The notes: generated by a model not told the origin, from the letters alone. Numbered from the stretch's first letter, positions 34,113-44,548 are shown. The stretch is 64,000 bases of DNA from an uncultured Candidatus Saccharibacteria bacterium (GCA_964600695.1 CAZRKK010000001.1:63043-127042); one strand, 5' to 3'. Numbers and translations are program-made.

Positions 34113-35780
34113 TTATCCCAGTGATTTTGTCAAATCCACGGTTGATGTAGGTTGAATTTTACTATGAATTGGCAGGCTAAAGGCAAATGTGGCTCCTTTG
34201 CCAATTCCTTCGCTCTCGGCCCAAATTTTGCCGTTATGCTGCTCGATAATGACCTTAGCAACATACATACCTAAGCCTAACCCAGTGGCGTGAGTAGCTG
34301 AATCTTTGCCTCTAGAATACTTTTGGAAGAGACCTTCGATTTCTGATGGTTCTATGCCCTTTCCAGTGTCTTTAACCTTAACTACTACGTTTTGAGGGTC
34401 TGTAGCTGAGTCTAATTCAAGACTAATATGAATATCGCCTTTCTTAGAATACTTTATCGCGTTATCCACCATGTTGTTGATAACTTGGCGGACCTTTTCG
34501 TTATCCACTAAGATGTCTGGGATAGGAGTGGTTGGAGGTGTATAAACTAAATGCTGCTTCTTCATCTGAGCTAATGGTTCTAATTGCTCTACTAAAGTTT
34601 TTAACATTGGTGCAATATTTCCCATTTCGAAGAAGAATTCTAACTTCCCTCTTTCTATACGTGAAGCATTGAGAAGATCATCAATAGTAGAAATCTGTGC
34701 TTCGTTAGTGACGTTGGTTCGTAAGAGAGCGGCTTTTAATTCTTCGCTTAATGGACCAAAGTCTCCATTAAGAATCGCGCCTACATACCACTTAATTGTG
34801 GCTGGAGGAGTACGTAACTGATGACTAGCAATAGATATGAACTCTGCCCGAGCTTTATCGAGGGCTTTGAGTTGTTCGTTAGCTTCTGCTAATTGTTTGG
34901 ACAAAACTTCAAGTTCTTCGCGTTGTTTGACTTCTTTAAGTACGCTTCGGATTAACAAAATGCTTGTTATGAGAGTAAAAATAGTCGCTAATACAGCGAG
35001 AATTCTACCAAAAGAAGTCGTGGTAACTAATATATTTATAAAACTAACAAGTAATAACGTGAAGGAAATTAATTCTGTTGTTATAACTTTTACACTAAAA
35101 AGTCTGTGCTTAAGAATCGCATAACCAATACCCACAAAGATTGGAAGAATAAACAGTGCAGAGTAGCGAACATAAGTAATGTCATTTAAAACGACCACAT
35201 GCAAAAATACAAACACTATCAACAAAGTATATGCAGTACCTAACCCAATCCCAATAGACAACCATTGTCCTTTTACAGACTGCTCTGCCAATCTATACCG
35301 CTTTATTACAATAAAAAGTGATATTAAGAAAAAAGTGACCAAAGAAATTCCAAAGAATGGAATTAGAACACCAGGAATCGGGATAGCGTGTCCATCAATA
35401 GGGTCAATAGACAAAGATCTAAATACATAAGGTGTCAGTGTGAGCCCCATTAAGATAAAAACCAAAACAAGATACCAAAACCACTCCTTGGATTTATAAA
35501 CAAACCTGGAATTTGGGAAATTGGAAACAAAAAGAAAAAACAAAGCAACATACGGCACTGCAAAGAACATTACTAGCCTAATCCAAAGCAGCAGAGTATT
35601 TTCATCAGCTACAATAGATTTATAATTTACTAATGCCCAAATAGAACCTATTAAAGAATGTAAAATGAAAATTTTGTTCGATGCGCTTTTTCTCTCATGA
35701 ATAAAAACCAGCAACCCTAAAAAGGTAGTAACTGCAGCTGCAACAATTGCATAAAATAAATCTGTGTTTAATGAACCCAT
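34113..35780 (-). CDS. sensor histidine kinase with polytopic N-terminal membrane domain
   Basis: About 8 TM segments, then HisKA (FISIASHQLRTP) and HATPase_c (NAIKYSKKGD...DTGKGIEPSE...GLGLGMYVAK). Confidence 0.85.
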   Translation of the reverse strand: MGSLNTDLFYAIVAAAVTTFLGLLVFIHERKSASNKIFILHSLIGSIWALVNYKSIVADENTLLLWIRLVMFFAVPYVALFFLFVSNFPNSRFVYKSKEWFWYLVLVFILMGLTLTPYVFRSLSIDPIDGHAIPIPGVLIPFFGISLVTFFLISLFIVIKRYRLAEQSVKGQWLSIGIGLGTAYTLLIVFVFLHVVVLNDITYVRYSALFILPIFVGIGYAILKHRLFSVKVITTELISFTLLLVSFINILVTTTSFGRILAVLATIFTLITSILLIRSVLKEVKQREELEVLSKQLAEANEQLKALDKARAEFISIASHQLRTPPATIKWYVGAILNGDFGPLSEELKAALLRTNVTNEAQISTIDDLLNASRIERGKLEFFFEMGNIAPMLKTLVEQLEPLAQMKKQHLVYTPPTTPIPDILVDNEKVRQVINNMVDNAIKYSKKGDIHISLELDSATDPQNVVVKVKDTGKGIEPSEIEGLFQKYSRGKDSATHATGLGLGMYVAKVIIEQHNGKIWAESEGIGKGATFAFSLPIHSKIQPTSTVDLTKSLG

Positions 35781-35788
35781 TTAAATTA

Positions 35789-37270
35789 TTATTTTGAAAC
35801 CCATTTTTGTTTCACACCACTTTGAAAATATTTACGGTGCCCATTTTCCCATAAAATAACCTTAGGCTTTACTCGTTTTACCCCAATCATCTTGGTTAGC
35901 TCTCTAAATTCTGAACTAGCGTCTAACAAAGCCTTAATTACATACTGTTCCAATTTAGTTTTAAGAGCTTTGTTATTCTTTTTACCTTTTATTAACTCTA
36001 TGTTAACTTCTAAATATTGATCGTGACGTTTATTGTACTTAGTGAGTAGATTAAATTTCCCAGTAATTTGGCTGAAAAAAATCTTATTCTCTAAAGCCTG
36101 CTTAATAGTTTGAGGGTAAACCTGTAAGCCATAAATTGTAGTGGAAAAATCTGCCCTTTCATAGATATAAACAAAAGGTAGTTCGAAAAGTTTTATACCT
36201 AATCTATTTGCTTCCTTTATCAAGTCTAACCCTAACTCTTTAAATTTATTTTTCACTTCTTCATAATGATAAACACCTCCGTTATCACCGATATCATACC
36301 GAATTAAATTGGTCGAACTATGACCGGAAATTAGTATTCGTTTTTGTTTGATTTCAAAGTTTGTAAAACGTGGATCATATTGAACCAACGTAGGGATTTT
36401 TTTATCTTCAAAGAAACTATCGTGTAAATCTGGGTTACTCAATATCAATTTTCTAATCAAAATAGTGCCGGGATTCTCGAAAGCCATAGCCCCTAACTCA
36501 GCACTACCGTAAATATTCATGGTGTCATAATATGCGCTCTGAATTCCACATTTTTCTACTAAATAATCCCTAAACTTTTCGGTAAAACTTTCTGCAGCAA
36601 AGACCAGCCTTATAGGGATTTTTTTAAGATCTATACCCATTAATTCTGATTCATCGACAATATCCTTTATGAATGGCGGATAGCCACTAAGTATAACGTT
36701 ATCAAACATTGGTGCGAGTTTTTGTAAAGCATTGAATATTTCTTTTTTATTTATCCCTGGAGTAATTATTGTAACGGGATTACCACGCAATGATGCCATG
36801 CGAAAAGCTTGATAAGTAATCAAGCCACCTATCCAAACTCCCATGCCGAAACAATTAATGAGTAAAGTTGATCCTTTTTTCCCATTATTTAAAAAGTTTT
36901 CTGCAATGATTGAGTAGTGGTAATCGACTAACTCATCTCTTAAAAAATATGTCGGTTCAGATGTAGAACCAGAGGTTGAAGTCAGGACAAACCCTTTTTT
37001 CTTCAATTGTTCTTTGGGGAGTATTGATTGAAGGCTATATTTTTTAAAAAAGTCTTTTTTATTGACCTGAGGAACTTCTGAAGAATCAAATTTTTTGGGA
37101 AATTTATATTTTTTCCTTACTAAAAAATCTCGATAGTTCGGTATCGATTTAATTATCTCTAAGAATAATTTTTTTATATTCTCCTTTTGCTGTCTAACCC
37201 AAAAGCCCTGCTTTTTTACTGACCACTCGGCTATAACTTGTTTAGAATCGATAAATTTAGGTGTTGGCAT
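35789..37270 (-). CDS. PaaK/F390-synthetase-like adenylate-forming enzyme
   Basis: LTSTSGSTSEPTYF aligns with the PaaK P-loop SSGTTGKPT. GMGVWIGGL aligns with GYGLFTGGL. RLVFAAESFTEKFRDYLVEKCGIQSAYYDTMNIYGSAELG aligns with the PaaK A8 region. The P-loop Lys is replaced by Glu. Confidence 0.6.
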   Translation of the reverse strand: MPTPKFIDSKQVIAEWSVKKQGFWVRQQKENIKKLFLEIIKSIPNYRDFLVRKKYKFPKKFDSSEVPQVNKKDFFKKYSLQSILPKEQLKKKGFVLTSTSGSTSEPTYFLRDELVDYHYSIIAENFLNNGKKGSTLLINCFGMGVWIGGLITYQAFRMASLRGNPVTIITPGINKKEIFNALQKLAPMFDNVILSGYPPFIKDIVDESELMGIDLKKIPIRLVFAAESFTEKFRDYLVEKCGIQSAYYDTMNIYGSAELGAMAFENPGTILIRKLILSNPDLHDSFFEDKKIPTLVQYDPRFTNFEIKQKRILISGHSSTNLIRYDIGDNGGVYHYEEVKNKFKELGLDLIKEANRLGIKLFELPFVYIYERADFSTTIYGLQVYPQTIKQALENKIFFSQITGKFNLLTKYNKRHDQYLEVNIELIKGKKNNKALKTKLEQYVIKALLDASSEFRELTKMIGVKRVKPKVILWENGHRKYFQSGVKQKWVSK

Positions 37271-38291
37271 GTTTTGATATAAAGGTTTTTTCTACTATCT
37301 TATTAGCTATTCTATCCATGGACTCACTAGAATTCATAGAACTCAAATATACTCTCTTCAATGTGGGTTTTAACTTACTAATATTTCGCAATACTCGAGA
37401 TTTCTTATACCCACCTGCAAGCAATTCATCTGCGACATTAAGAACACCTCCGGCATTAGCAATGTAGTCGGGCACGTGCAGAATACCCTTTAATTTCAAC
37501 TTATCGGATAATTTAATATCACCGAGCTGATTATTAGCTGTACCTATAATCATTTTACTACATATTTGATTAATATTCTTCTTATTTATATCATTTCCCA
37601 TTGCGCAGGGAGCGAAGATGGTAAATTCGTATTTTTCAAATTTCTTTAAGGGTAAGTATGTAGCTTTGGGATACTTTTTTTTAACAATATTTATCCTACT
37701 CTGGTCTATGTCATAATAGAAAACTCTGGCTTTATCTTTTTGTAATAGTCTTAATAATTCAATTCCAGTTTTTCCAACACCCTTTATTCCTATACTTACA
37801 CTCTTAAGAGTCTTAAGTTTTAGGTGTAATTGTGTCATCCATTTGATACAGTAATAAGCACTTAAGGCCGCAAACTCTGATGGATCACCTGCTTGACCAG
37901 CCTTGCCAATAAAATAAGGTGAGTACTTCAACATCCTTTGAACCTGCTTGAAGGTTAATCCCACATCTTCTCCAGTATAAAATCTTCCATTTAACTTCTT
38001 AACTTGTTGCGCATAATTTCTTAGTATCTGGTCCAACTTAGAACTTTTGGGATCCGCAATTATCACACCCTTACCACCGCCAAACTTCAAACCAGCAATA
38101 CAGGTTTTATAAGTCATTGCTTTTGATAATCTTTTTGCATCAAGTAATGCAGATTTTTTATCCTTATAATTGAAAATTCTAGTACCGCCAAGAGCTGGAC
38201 CCAGTTTTGTATTAAACAAAACGATATAACCTTTCAATGGATACTCTTTATCTTTGGATAAATCAATTATTTTTTCTGGTCGATTTTTCAT
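37257..38291 (-). CDS. Glu/Leu/Phe/Val dehydrogenase-family amino-acid dehydrogenase (short Leu/Phe/Val-type)
   Basis: GPALGGTRIFNY...KTCIAGLKFGGGKGVI is the catalytic-Lys motif. An NAD Rossmann GIKGVGKTG is also present. Confidence 0.7.
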   Translation of the reverse strand: MKNRPEKIIDLSKDKEYPLKGYIVLFNTKLGPALGGTRIFNYKDKKSALLDAKRLSKAMTYKTCIAGLKFGGGKGVIIADPKSSKLDQILRNYAQQVKKLNGRFYTGEDVGLTFKQVQRMLKYSPYFIGKAGQAGDPSEFAALSAYYCIKWMTQLHLKLKTLKSVSIGIKGVGKTGIELLRLLQKDKARVFYYDIDQSRINIVKKKYPKATYLPLKKFEKYEFTIFAPCAMGNDINKKNINQICSKMIIGTANNQLGDIKLSDKLKLKGILHVPDYIANAGGVLNVADELLAGGYKKSRVLRNISKLKPTLKRVYLSSMNSSESMDRIANKIVEKTFISKHANT

Positions 38292-39355
38292 TTAAGCAAA
38301 TAATCATCGAAAACAATTCTAGTACGACCACTTTTAATTTTTTCTCCCAATATAATTTTCCTAGCTATCATTGCCGCAATACCACCTCCGATTGTTACGG
38401 TACTCATTAACTGTGGTCTCCCTACTAAAGTTTTATTAACTTGCATGACTGAATCCAAAACCCGTTTTGGAACATTTTGTATACCAACAATTTGAACAGC
38501 ATACTTTTGCTTATCTGCTTCTGTGATAGGTTTTGATAAAATATCCTTCGCTGCGTTGCCAATTAAACCATTGAAAACCTGAACATTTTTTTCTGTATCA
38601 TACCTTTCTATATCAATCAGTAAACTATCTCCTAAATTAGTTAACATCACGACAGGTACCTTAGACTTTTTTGCTTCTAGTCGAATACGAATCTTCATTT
38701 CAAAGTCATCAATGGCTTCAAAAATTACTTGGGGTTTATGCTTCCCATTAAGGAACTTGTCTAACTCTTTAGCTTTTAGACCGTTCTGGTATAAATCTAA
38801 TTTTATATATGGATTAATCTCATATATCTGTTGGGAGGTTATTTCAATCTTAGGTTTACCTACATAACCTATTCCTGCGCGAATTCTATTTAAATTAGAA
38901 GTAGATAATACATCAAAGTCTGACATCTTAATTACTCCACCAACACCCGTATATGCCATACTTACAGCCATAGCGTTGCCGATTGATAGCCCAACAACTC
39001 CCACCACTGATTGGGATAATTTTTTTTGCTCTTCCGAAGTGATAATATTTTGGTTACGGTTGGTATGAATGATTTCATACTGGTTCTTGTTGACCATATG
39101 TATCAATTGACCATTCCAAGGGTAAAAAATCCAATCCCCTAAATTGGACCTATCCTTACTGCTAGTAGAATTTATAAATTCCCGAGACTTCTTTGCAAAA
39201 TCAGGGTCAAACTTTTCTGATGGGTGTTCAATTTCATATAACTCTTCCAGTTGCTCTTTATAAAGATCAATTACCTCTCTTACCTTTGTAGACTTTTTAA
39301 GCTTGGTAATTTCAGTAAAAGAATATTTATTTTCTCTAAATATAATTGGTTTCAT
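38288..39355 (-). CDS. ThiF/MoeB/E1-like adenylyltransferase-fold protein with N-terminal extension
   Basis: VVGVVGLSIGNAMAVSMAYTGVGGVIKMSDFDVLSTSNLNRI is the E1-like nucleotide-binding motif (GxGxxG...D.D.V..SNLNR). About 110 aa of unknown N-terminal sequence precede it. Confidence 0.6.
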   Translation of the reverse strand: MKPIIFRENKYSFTEITKLKKSTKVREVIDLYKEQLEELYEIEHPSEKFDPDFAKKSREFINSTSSKDRSNLGDWIFYPWNGQLIHMVNKNQYEIIHTNRNQNIITSEEQKKLSQSVVGVVGLSIGNAMAVSMAYTGVGGVIKMSDFDVLSTSNLNRIRAGIGYVGKPKIEITSQQIYEINPYIKLDLYQNGLKAKELDKFLNGKHKPQVIFEAIDDFEMKIRIRLEAKKSKVPVVMLTNLGDSLLIDIERYDTEKNVQVFNGLIGNAAKDILSKPITEADKQKYAVQIVGIQNVPKRVLDSVMQVNKTLVGRPQLMSTVTIGGGIAAMIARKIILGEKIKSGRTRIVFDDYLLK

Positions 39356-39356
39356 T

Positions 39357-40370
39357 TTATTTCATTACTTTTTTTAGATCTAGTCTAGGAGTGAATATTG
39401 GTTTCTTATCTGCGTATCCAATTCTAAAAAACATCTGAGGCCTTAAGTTTGTATTTAAGACTTTCTGTAAATCCTTATAATAGTCGCCAATCTCAGTAGG
39501 TGCTGCCATCACGGCATACTTTAAATTCTGCTTAGTTGCTTCTAAAACTATTTTCTCAAATAACTCCCCAACTGCTAACCAGTCTTGGACATCATCACCT
39601 TTTGAACTAATTACAATAACCGCTGGACTATGTTGTAGCCATAGCTTATGACGTCCCATCTGTAATTTTGCAGTGTTGAAAGTTCTGATGATAAATGGAA
39701 TAAAAAATGATAATAGTTTTGGGAAACCTAAATTATAAGCAGGCATGCCATCTCGGTATTTTTGAAGGCTTGGCCGTACCCAATCTGCTGCCTCTTTAGA
39801 AAAATCTTTATTAGAAAAGGCTACGTCTGTTGACTCCACTACTATATCTGTGATTTTGTCTAATTTATTTTTTTCAGTCACTACAAAGCTATGTAGATTT
39901 TCTGTGTCCCAAGTCTTAATTAAATTAATGAAATCCTGAGGCAGTGTTTGTTCAGTGTATAATTCTCTATTGTTATGTCTGTCCAAAATTGCTTGCAAAT
40001 CCGTACGATTCACTATTGAATTACTTTTTAGATTAGAAAATTTAACGGTGACCTTAAAATTTTCTAGATTACCAGTATTGTAATGGGTTTCAAACTCTAG
40101 ACCATATGCTAAGGCAGCTATTTTAAAATTATAAACCGCAGCACCAATGCTAATGGTCACTTGCCTACCTACAAAATCTGAAAAAGGCAAGATTCGATCC
40201 CGATTTGCAGTAATCTCTACACCTTGATCTATTAACTTAAAAAACCACGGTTGAACATTTCTAGTTGATGGGGCTAGGTGCGCATACCGCAATAAAAATT
40301 CTAACTTTTCACTATTTTCACTAAGTTTTAAGAAATCCTCAGGAATAATATTATCTCTAAGAGGTTTCAT
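39357..40370 (-). CDS. two-domain nitroreductase-superfamily (SagB/McbC-like) putative FMN dehydrogenase
   Basis: RYAHLAPSTRNVQPWFF is the nitroreductase motif. The 337-aa length implies duplicated halves as in SagB-type dehydrogenases. It lies 2 nt from the E1-like gene. Confidence 0.6.
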   Translation of the reverse strand: MKPLRDNIIPEDFLKLSENSEKLEFLLRYAHLAPSTRNVQPWFFKLIDQGVEITANRDRILPFSDFVGRQVTISIGAAVYNFKIAALAYGLEFETHYNTGNLENFKVTVKFSNLKSNSIVNRTDLQAILDRHNNRELYTEQTLPQDFINLIKTWDTENLHSFVVTEKNKLDKITDIVVESTDVAFSNKDFSKEAADWVRPSLQKYRDGMPAYNLGFPKLLSFFIPFIIRTFNTAKLQMGRHKLWLQHSPAVIVISSKGDDVQDWLAVGELFEKIVLEATKQNLKYAVMAAPTEIGDYYKDLQKVLNTNLRPQMFFRIGYADKKPIFTPRLDLKKVMK

Positions 40371-40456
40371 ATGATTAAATTCATAAGAATCAATAACTAC
40401 TAAAAAAATACCATGGCAATATAATTTCTCCTTTTAATTATACCACATTTAAATAA

Positions 40457-40484
40457 AATCACTTGCATATGCAAGTGATTTTGG
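40457..40484 (-). terminator. perfect palindrome AAAATCACTTGCATATGCAAGTGATTTT between HAL-like gene and nitroreductase gene
   Basis: 12-bp perfect inverted repeat with no loop or a 2-4-nt loop. The minus-strand sequence after it is TGtGGTATAAT plus an AAGGAG RBS and a 4-codon mini-ORF. Confidence 0.5.
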
Positions 40485-40491
40485 ATAATAA

Positions 40492-42000
40492 CTATTTTGA
40501 TTTAATTGCTTTCGACAGGCTCTCTATAAATGGGTAAAATACGGAATCTTTCTCGAAGAAAGGCACGACTTGCCGAATCTGATTATGTATCTGCTGGGTG
40601 CCGAAACCAGGCTTAAGTGGGTTTCTGATATCTACAGCCTGAGCTGCACAGATTAACTCTATAGTTATGATTTGGTAAACCATTTCTATAATATCTCGAC
40701 ACTTTCTAGAAGCTGTTGTGGCAAAGCTTACATAATCTTCCTGGTTAGCAGAAGTTGGTATGGAATCAATAACTACTGGATGAGCAAGTACCTTGATTTC
40801 TGCAAGCATTGCAGCTGCAGTATATTGCAAAATCATAAACCCACTATTCAAACCAGTTTGATGGGTTCCAATCAAATATGGAGGAAGACCATTATTGTGA
40901 TTAGAATCCATAAACTTAGCAGTACGTCGTTCAGAAATATTTGCAAGCTCAGTGAGTGCTATAGACAATGAATCCATAACGAGACCTATTGGCTCACCAT
41001 GGAAGTTACCACCGGATATAATATCTCCACTTTCTGGAAAGACTAAAGGATTGTCTGTAACTGAATTTAACTCCACTTCTACAACAGAGGTAACATACTC
41101 GAGTATTTGTTTGACTGGTCCATGAACCTGAGGGGAACATCTTAGTGAGTAAGAATCTTGAACACTATTGTATCCATTATCTGGACCAACTAGCTGACTC
41201 CCTTCGCACAATTCTCTAATTATTCTAGCTGTTTCAATTTGTCCTTTATGTGGGCGAATTTCATGGACCCTTTTATCGAAAGCTGTTAAGGTTCCTCGCA
41301 TACCTTCTAAACTTAAAGCTAAGCTCTTATCAGACCAGTGAATGATATTTTTCGCGTCGTATACATTCAGACTCGCAACAGCAGTTAAAAAAGCAGTGCC
41401 GTTATTTAAAGCCAGGCCTTCCTTTGCTTGCAACTTTAATGGAGTAAAGTCGTAAGCATACATCGCATCTTTTGTGAGTTTTCTTTGACCATTCACAATT
41501 AGCTCCCCTTCACCCATGATTACTAATGCTAAATGGGAAAGCGGTGCTAAATCTCCACTAGCCCCACAGGAACCACGCTCAGGAATATATGGATAAATTC
41601 CCTTATTTAAAATTTCCAAAAACTTTTCTACTAATTCTAATCGTACGCCTGAGTGGCCGTTTGCCAATGAGTTAGCCCGAATTAAAATAGCAGCCCTTAC
41701 CTCAGCTTCCGAAAAGGGTGACCCAGTACCCGCAGCATGACTACGGATTAAATTTTCTTGTAATTCTTCAAGCTGGGTTTGATCTATGCTTTTGTCCTTT
41801 AAACTACCAAAGCCGGTATTCAGACCATATACGATCTTACCGGCTTTGATTATGTCTTCTACAACTTTACGCGATTTTAAAATAGCAGTCTTTGCCTCTA
41901 CAGACAAAACTATATGATAATGCTTATGATGAGCAATGTCGTGAACCAAATCGATTGACAGGCTCTTGCCGTCTATCTCTATGGTTTTTACGTGGTCCAT
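40492..42000 (-). CDS. MIO-dependent aromatic amino-acid ammonia-lyase/aminomutase family (histidine ammonia-lyase-like)
   Basis: The MIO-forming tripeptide lies within GSCGASGDLAPLSHLA. YGLNTGFG is present. The selectivity positions read S-H (IRSHAAGTG) as in HutH. Confidence 0.8.
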   Translation of the reverse strand: MDHVKTIEIDGKSLSIDLVHDIAHHKHYHIVLSVEAKTAILKSRKVVEDIIKAGKIVYGLNTGFGSLKDKSIDQTQLEELQENLIRSHAAGTGSPFSEAEVRAAILIRANSLANGHSGVRLELVEKFLEILNKGIYPYIPERGSCGASGDLAPLSHLALVIMGEGELIVNGQRKLTKDAMYAYDFTPLKLQAKEGLALNNGTAFLTAVASLNVYDAKNIIHWSDKSLALSLEGMRGTLTAFDKRVHEIRPHKGQIETARIIRELCEGSQLVGPDNGYNSVQDSYSLRCSPQVHGPVKQILEYVTSVVEVELNSVTDNPLVFPESGDIISGGNFHGEPIGLVMDSLSIALTELANISERRTAKFMDSNHNNGLPPYLIGTHQTGLNSGFMILQYTAAAMLAEIKVLAHPVVIDSIPTSANQEDYVSFATTASRKCRDIIEMVYQIITIELICAAQAVDIRNPLKPGFGTQQIHNQIRQVVPFFEKDSVFYPFIESLSKAIKSK

Positions 42001-42028
42001 AAAAAATATTAATTAATTAGTGGTGTTT

Positions 42029-42562
42029 TTATTTTTTTATTAGAGATAAAGCTTTTATAACTGCTTCTTCCGCTGTTGCGGCAGGTTCGACTACTAACCT
42101 ATGTCTTGGGTCAAAAAACTCTCCAGCCATTTTGTCTGCCCACCCACCAGTACCTTTTATAGCTACCATAGGGATATTAGCTTGATAAGCAATTGCTAAC
42201 TCTGTTAGGGTGCCACTCCCACCATTTATAGCAATTACAGCATCGCAAGACAAAACTAAATTCAATTCTCTACCACCCCCTCTTTCCATCCCGCTTACAA
42301 TAATCACATCAACATTTTCTTCCACTATATCTTTGCCTTTGCCATAAGTGACTCCAACTGTTAAACCACCTGCTTTTTTTGCTCCTCTACAAGCAGCGGT
42401 GGAAAGTGAGTCGAAATCTTTTTCTGCCCCAAAGAACAAAATTGCTCCCGATTTGGCAATATGATAGCCAGTCTCTTCAGCGATTCGTTCAAATTCCTTA
42501 CTATAATTTAAATCACTGCAACTTCCCATTACCCCTATTTGGGGCTTTCTATTTGATTCCAT
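42029..42562 (-). CDS. LOG/TIGR00725-family Rossmann-fold protein (putative nucleotide N-glycosidase-like)
   Basis: GVMGS... and AINGGSGTLTELA (the PGGxGTxxE LOG motif). Confidence 0.6.
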   Translation of the reverse strand: MESNRKPQIGVMGSCSDLNYSKEFERIAEETGYHIAKSGAILFFGAEKDFDSLSTAACRGAKKAGGLTVGVTYGKGKDIVEENVDVIIVSGMERGGGRELNLVLSCDAVIAINGGSGTLTELAIAYQANIPMVAIKGTGGWADKMAGEFFDPRHRLVVEPAATAEEAVIKALSLIKK

Positions 42563-42605
42563 GGATAATAATTATACTTAATTAACGCTATTATAGTCTA
42601 AATAA

Positions 42606-42635
42606 AAGCCGACTTCAAGTCCTGAAATCGGCTTA
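42606..42635 (-). terminator. hairpin AAAGCCGA...TCGGCTT between the kinase-like gene and LOG-like gene
   Basis: 7-8-bp stem with T/A-rich flanks. Confidence 0.45.
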
Positions 42636-42705
42636 TTCTGTAGCTCGCAAATGCCCATATTATTCCACTTCAATCTCAACTGTGTCGAATATGGTAAAAC
42701 TGGGA

Positions 42706-43638
42706 TCAATTAAAATTAAAATTTTCATAGCGGTTTCCTTGTAAGATTTCCAAGGAAGATATGGCTCTTTTTGCATATATCGCCGACTGTACAGGGTCTG
42801 CATTGCGTACGAATGCAGAAAGAACATTCTGCAAAATGCTTCCTAACCAAAGAAGGAAATTGGCATCAGATGGACTAATCCCCATTTTAGAAGCTAATGA
42901 GTCCTTGCAAAAATTTGTTAACATTTTACACCCAATTTTTGAACCTGGTAAATTATAAACATCTTTTGCAATGGTAATAAATTGACCAAAACTAATTAAA
43001 GTATTACCCAAATAAGTTGATTGCCTCCAAGGATCAATGAAATTTACCCCATCCTTCACTAAAAATAAATTATCCGGTGTGAAATCTAAAAGAAATAACG
43101 ATACATACCTGCACTCGACAGTTAAATCTAAACCTTTTAAATCTTGAATGAAAGTACTCCGCAAAAGCATTTGTGTTTGCTTAGCAAAATAATTAATCTT
43201 ATTTAGAGTTTCGTTAATAGATTTGATACCCATGCCACTATGGTCAGGAATTCTAACTAAATCTATAATTGGAATTAATCCATCGCAGAGTACCTGGTAA
43301 GCAAGTTCGGGATGTTCATTAGCATAATCACGAAAACTATTTTCTAAATAATCTAGACAAAGAATTACACCCTGCTCTGATTCAACTACTTTATAATTGG
43401 GTAATATTTTACCTGCCCCAATTTTTTCGAGCTCTGTAAAACCAAAAATATTGTCAGACAAATCATCAGACTGAAGATGAGAATTAGAATCTACAAATTT
43501 CGCAACGAAAAAAGTCCTTTTCTGCTTATCGTAAAACTTTACTAAGCGAGTATCTGTGTGACCTTTTTTAAGTTCCGAATTATAACGAGAATTTAGCAAA
43601 CTTTCGATCAGACTAATCTTACAATCACTATTTTCCAT
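42706..43638 (-). CDS. hypothetical protein, possible protein-kinase-like (APH/choline-kinase) fold
   Basis: LLDFTPDNLFLV resembles the H/xDxxxxN catalytic loop and FIDPW a DFG/IDxE-like motif. There is no P-loop, so the assignment is weak. Confidence 0.35.
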   Translation of the reverse strand: MENSDCKISLIESLLNSRYNSELKKGHTDTRLVKFYDKQKRTFFVAKFVDSNSHLQSDDLSDNIFGFTELEKIGAGKILPNYKVVESEQGVILCLDYLENSFRDYANEHPELAYQVLCDGLIPIIDLVRIPDHSGMGIKSINETLNKINYFAKQTQMLLRSTFIQDLKGLDLTVECRYVSLFLLDFTPDNLFLVKDGVNFIDPWRQSTYLGNTLISFGQFITIAKDVYNLPGSKIGCKMLTNFCKDSLASKMGISPSDANFLLWLGSILQNVLSAFVRNADPVQSAIYAKRAISSLEILQGNRYENFNFN

Positions 43639-43663
43639 TTATTTATCCTCCTACTGATTTCTA

Positions 43664-44470
43664 TTAAGTATGTGCAATTTTGTTCAAGATTTCTTCAACC
43701 CCTTTTGTATATTTTGCTCTAGAAACATAATAAGCTTTTCTTTTTATTTGGATCTCGGCGTTGCCTACGGCGTAAAATTTATCTACAATATTTAGTGCTG
43801 GAACATCAGCATAATCATCGCCAATCATAAAAATCTTAGCTTTGGGAAAATATTTCTTTTTTAACATATCAATTGCACGACCCTTATCTATATTTTTAGG
43901 AGATACTAATACATTAGCAAATATTTCTGAGACATTAACATTATAACGATTCCCTAAAAAACTTTTTAGATTGTCTGCCAATTCCATTGCTGAGTTAAAA
44001 TCCTTCTTACCATTTTTCTTAACATGAATACTCATCGTCCATCTTCTAAATTTGTTTACCGACCAACTTAAGTTCAGTGAAATCTTTTTAGACTTTTTAG
44101 ATAATTTCACCGTATCAACAAAATTCATATTTGCTTTCATTGATTTAGCCAATTTTTTCAAATATGGAGCAGTATCATTTCTTAAATCTAATAATTTTTT
44201 AAGCATCTCTATCTTACCATTAAAAAAAATAAATGCTCCATTTTCCCCTATGACCGGTCCGTTAATTTTGAATTTTTGTATAATTGGTCTTAAATCATGC
44301 AACGATCTATTAGAATTTAGACAGAAAAAATAGCCATACTTTGACATATTTTTTATTATACTCGTGACATTATTCGAATTTGTGGAATAATTAGGCTTGA
44401 GCAATGTTCCATCAATGTCCAAAAAGATTAGAGTATGTGGCTCACCATTGAGATCCTGTTTATTTATCAT
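43664..44470 (-). CDS. HAD-superfamily (Cof/IIB-like) phosphatase
   Basis: Motif I is LIFLDIDGTLL and motif IV is MIGDDYADVPALN. Confidence 0.75.
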   Translation of the reverse strand: MINKQDLNGEPHTLIFLDIDGTLLKPNYSTNSNNVTSIIKNMSKYGYFFCLNSNRSLHDLRPIIQKFKINGPVIGENGAFIFFNGKIEMLKKLLDLRNDTAPYLKKLAKSMKANMNFVDTVKLSKKSKKISLNLSWSVNKFRRWTMSIHVKKNGKKDFNSAMELADNLKSFLGNRYNVNVSEIFANVLVSPKNIDKGRAIDMLKKKYFPKAKIFMIGDDYADVPALNIVDKFYAVGNAEIQIKRKAYYVSRAKYTKGVEEILNKIAHT

Positions 44471-44506
44471 AAAATTTTTTATACATCAATTATAGAATAT
44501 ATAAAA

Positions 44507-44536
44507 TCCGACTTCAAGGGCAAGCTCAAAGTCGGA
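44507..44536 (-). terminator. hairpin TCCGACTT...AAGTCGGA between AstE-like and HAD genes
   Basis: Perfect 8-bp stem. Confidence 0.4.
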
Positions 44537-44548
44537 ACATAATTTTTT

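Noticed and set aside
42608-44519. Shared 11-mer CCGACTTCAAG in two terminator hairpins (42608 and 44509), considered as a small repeated element
   Set aside because: An 11-mer match is well within chance expectation, and the stems and loops are otherwise different.
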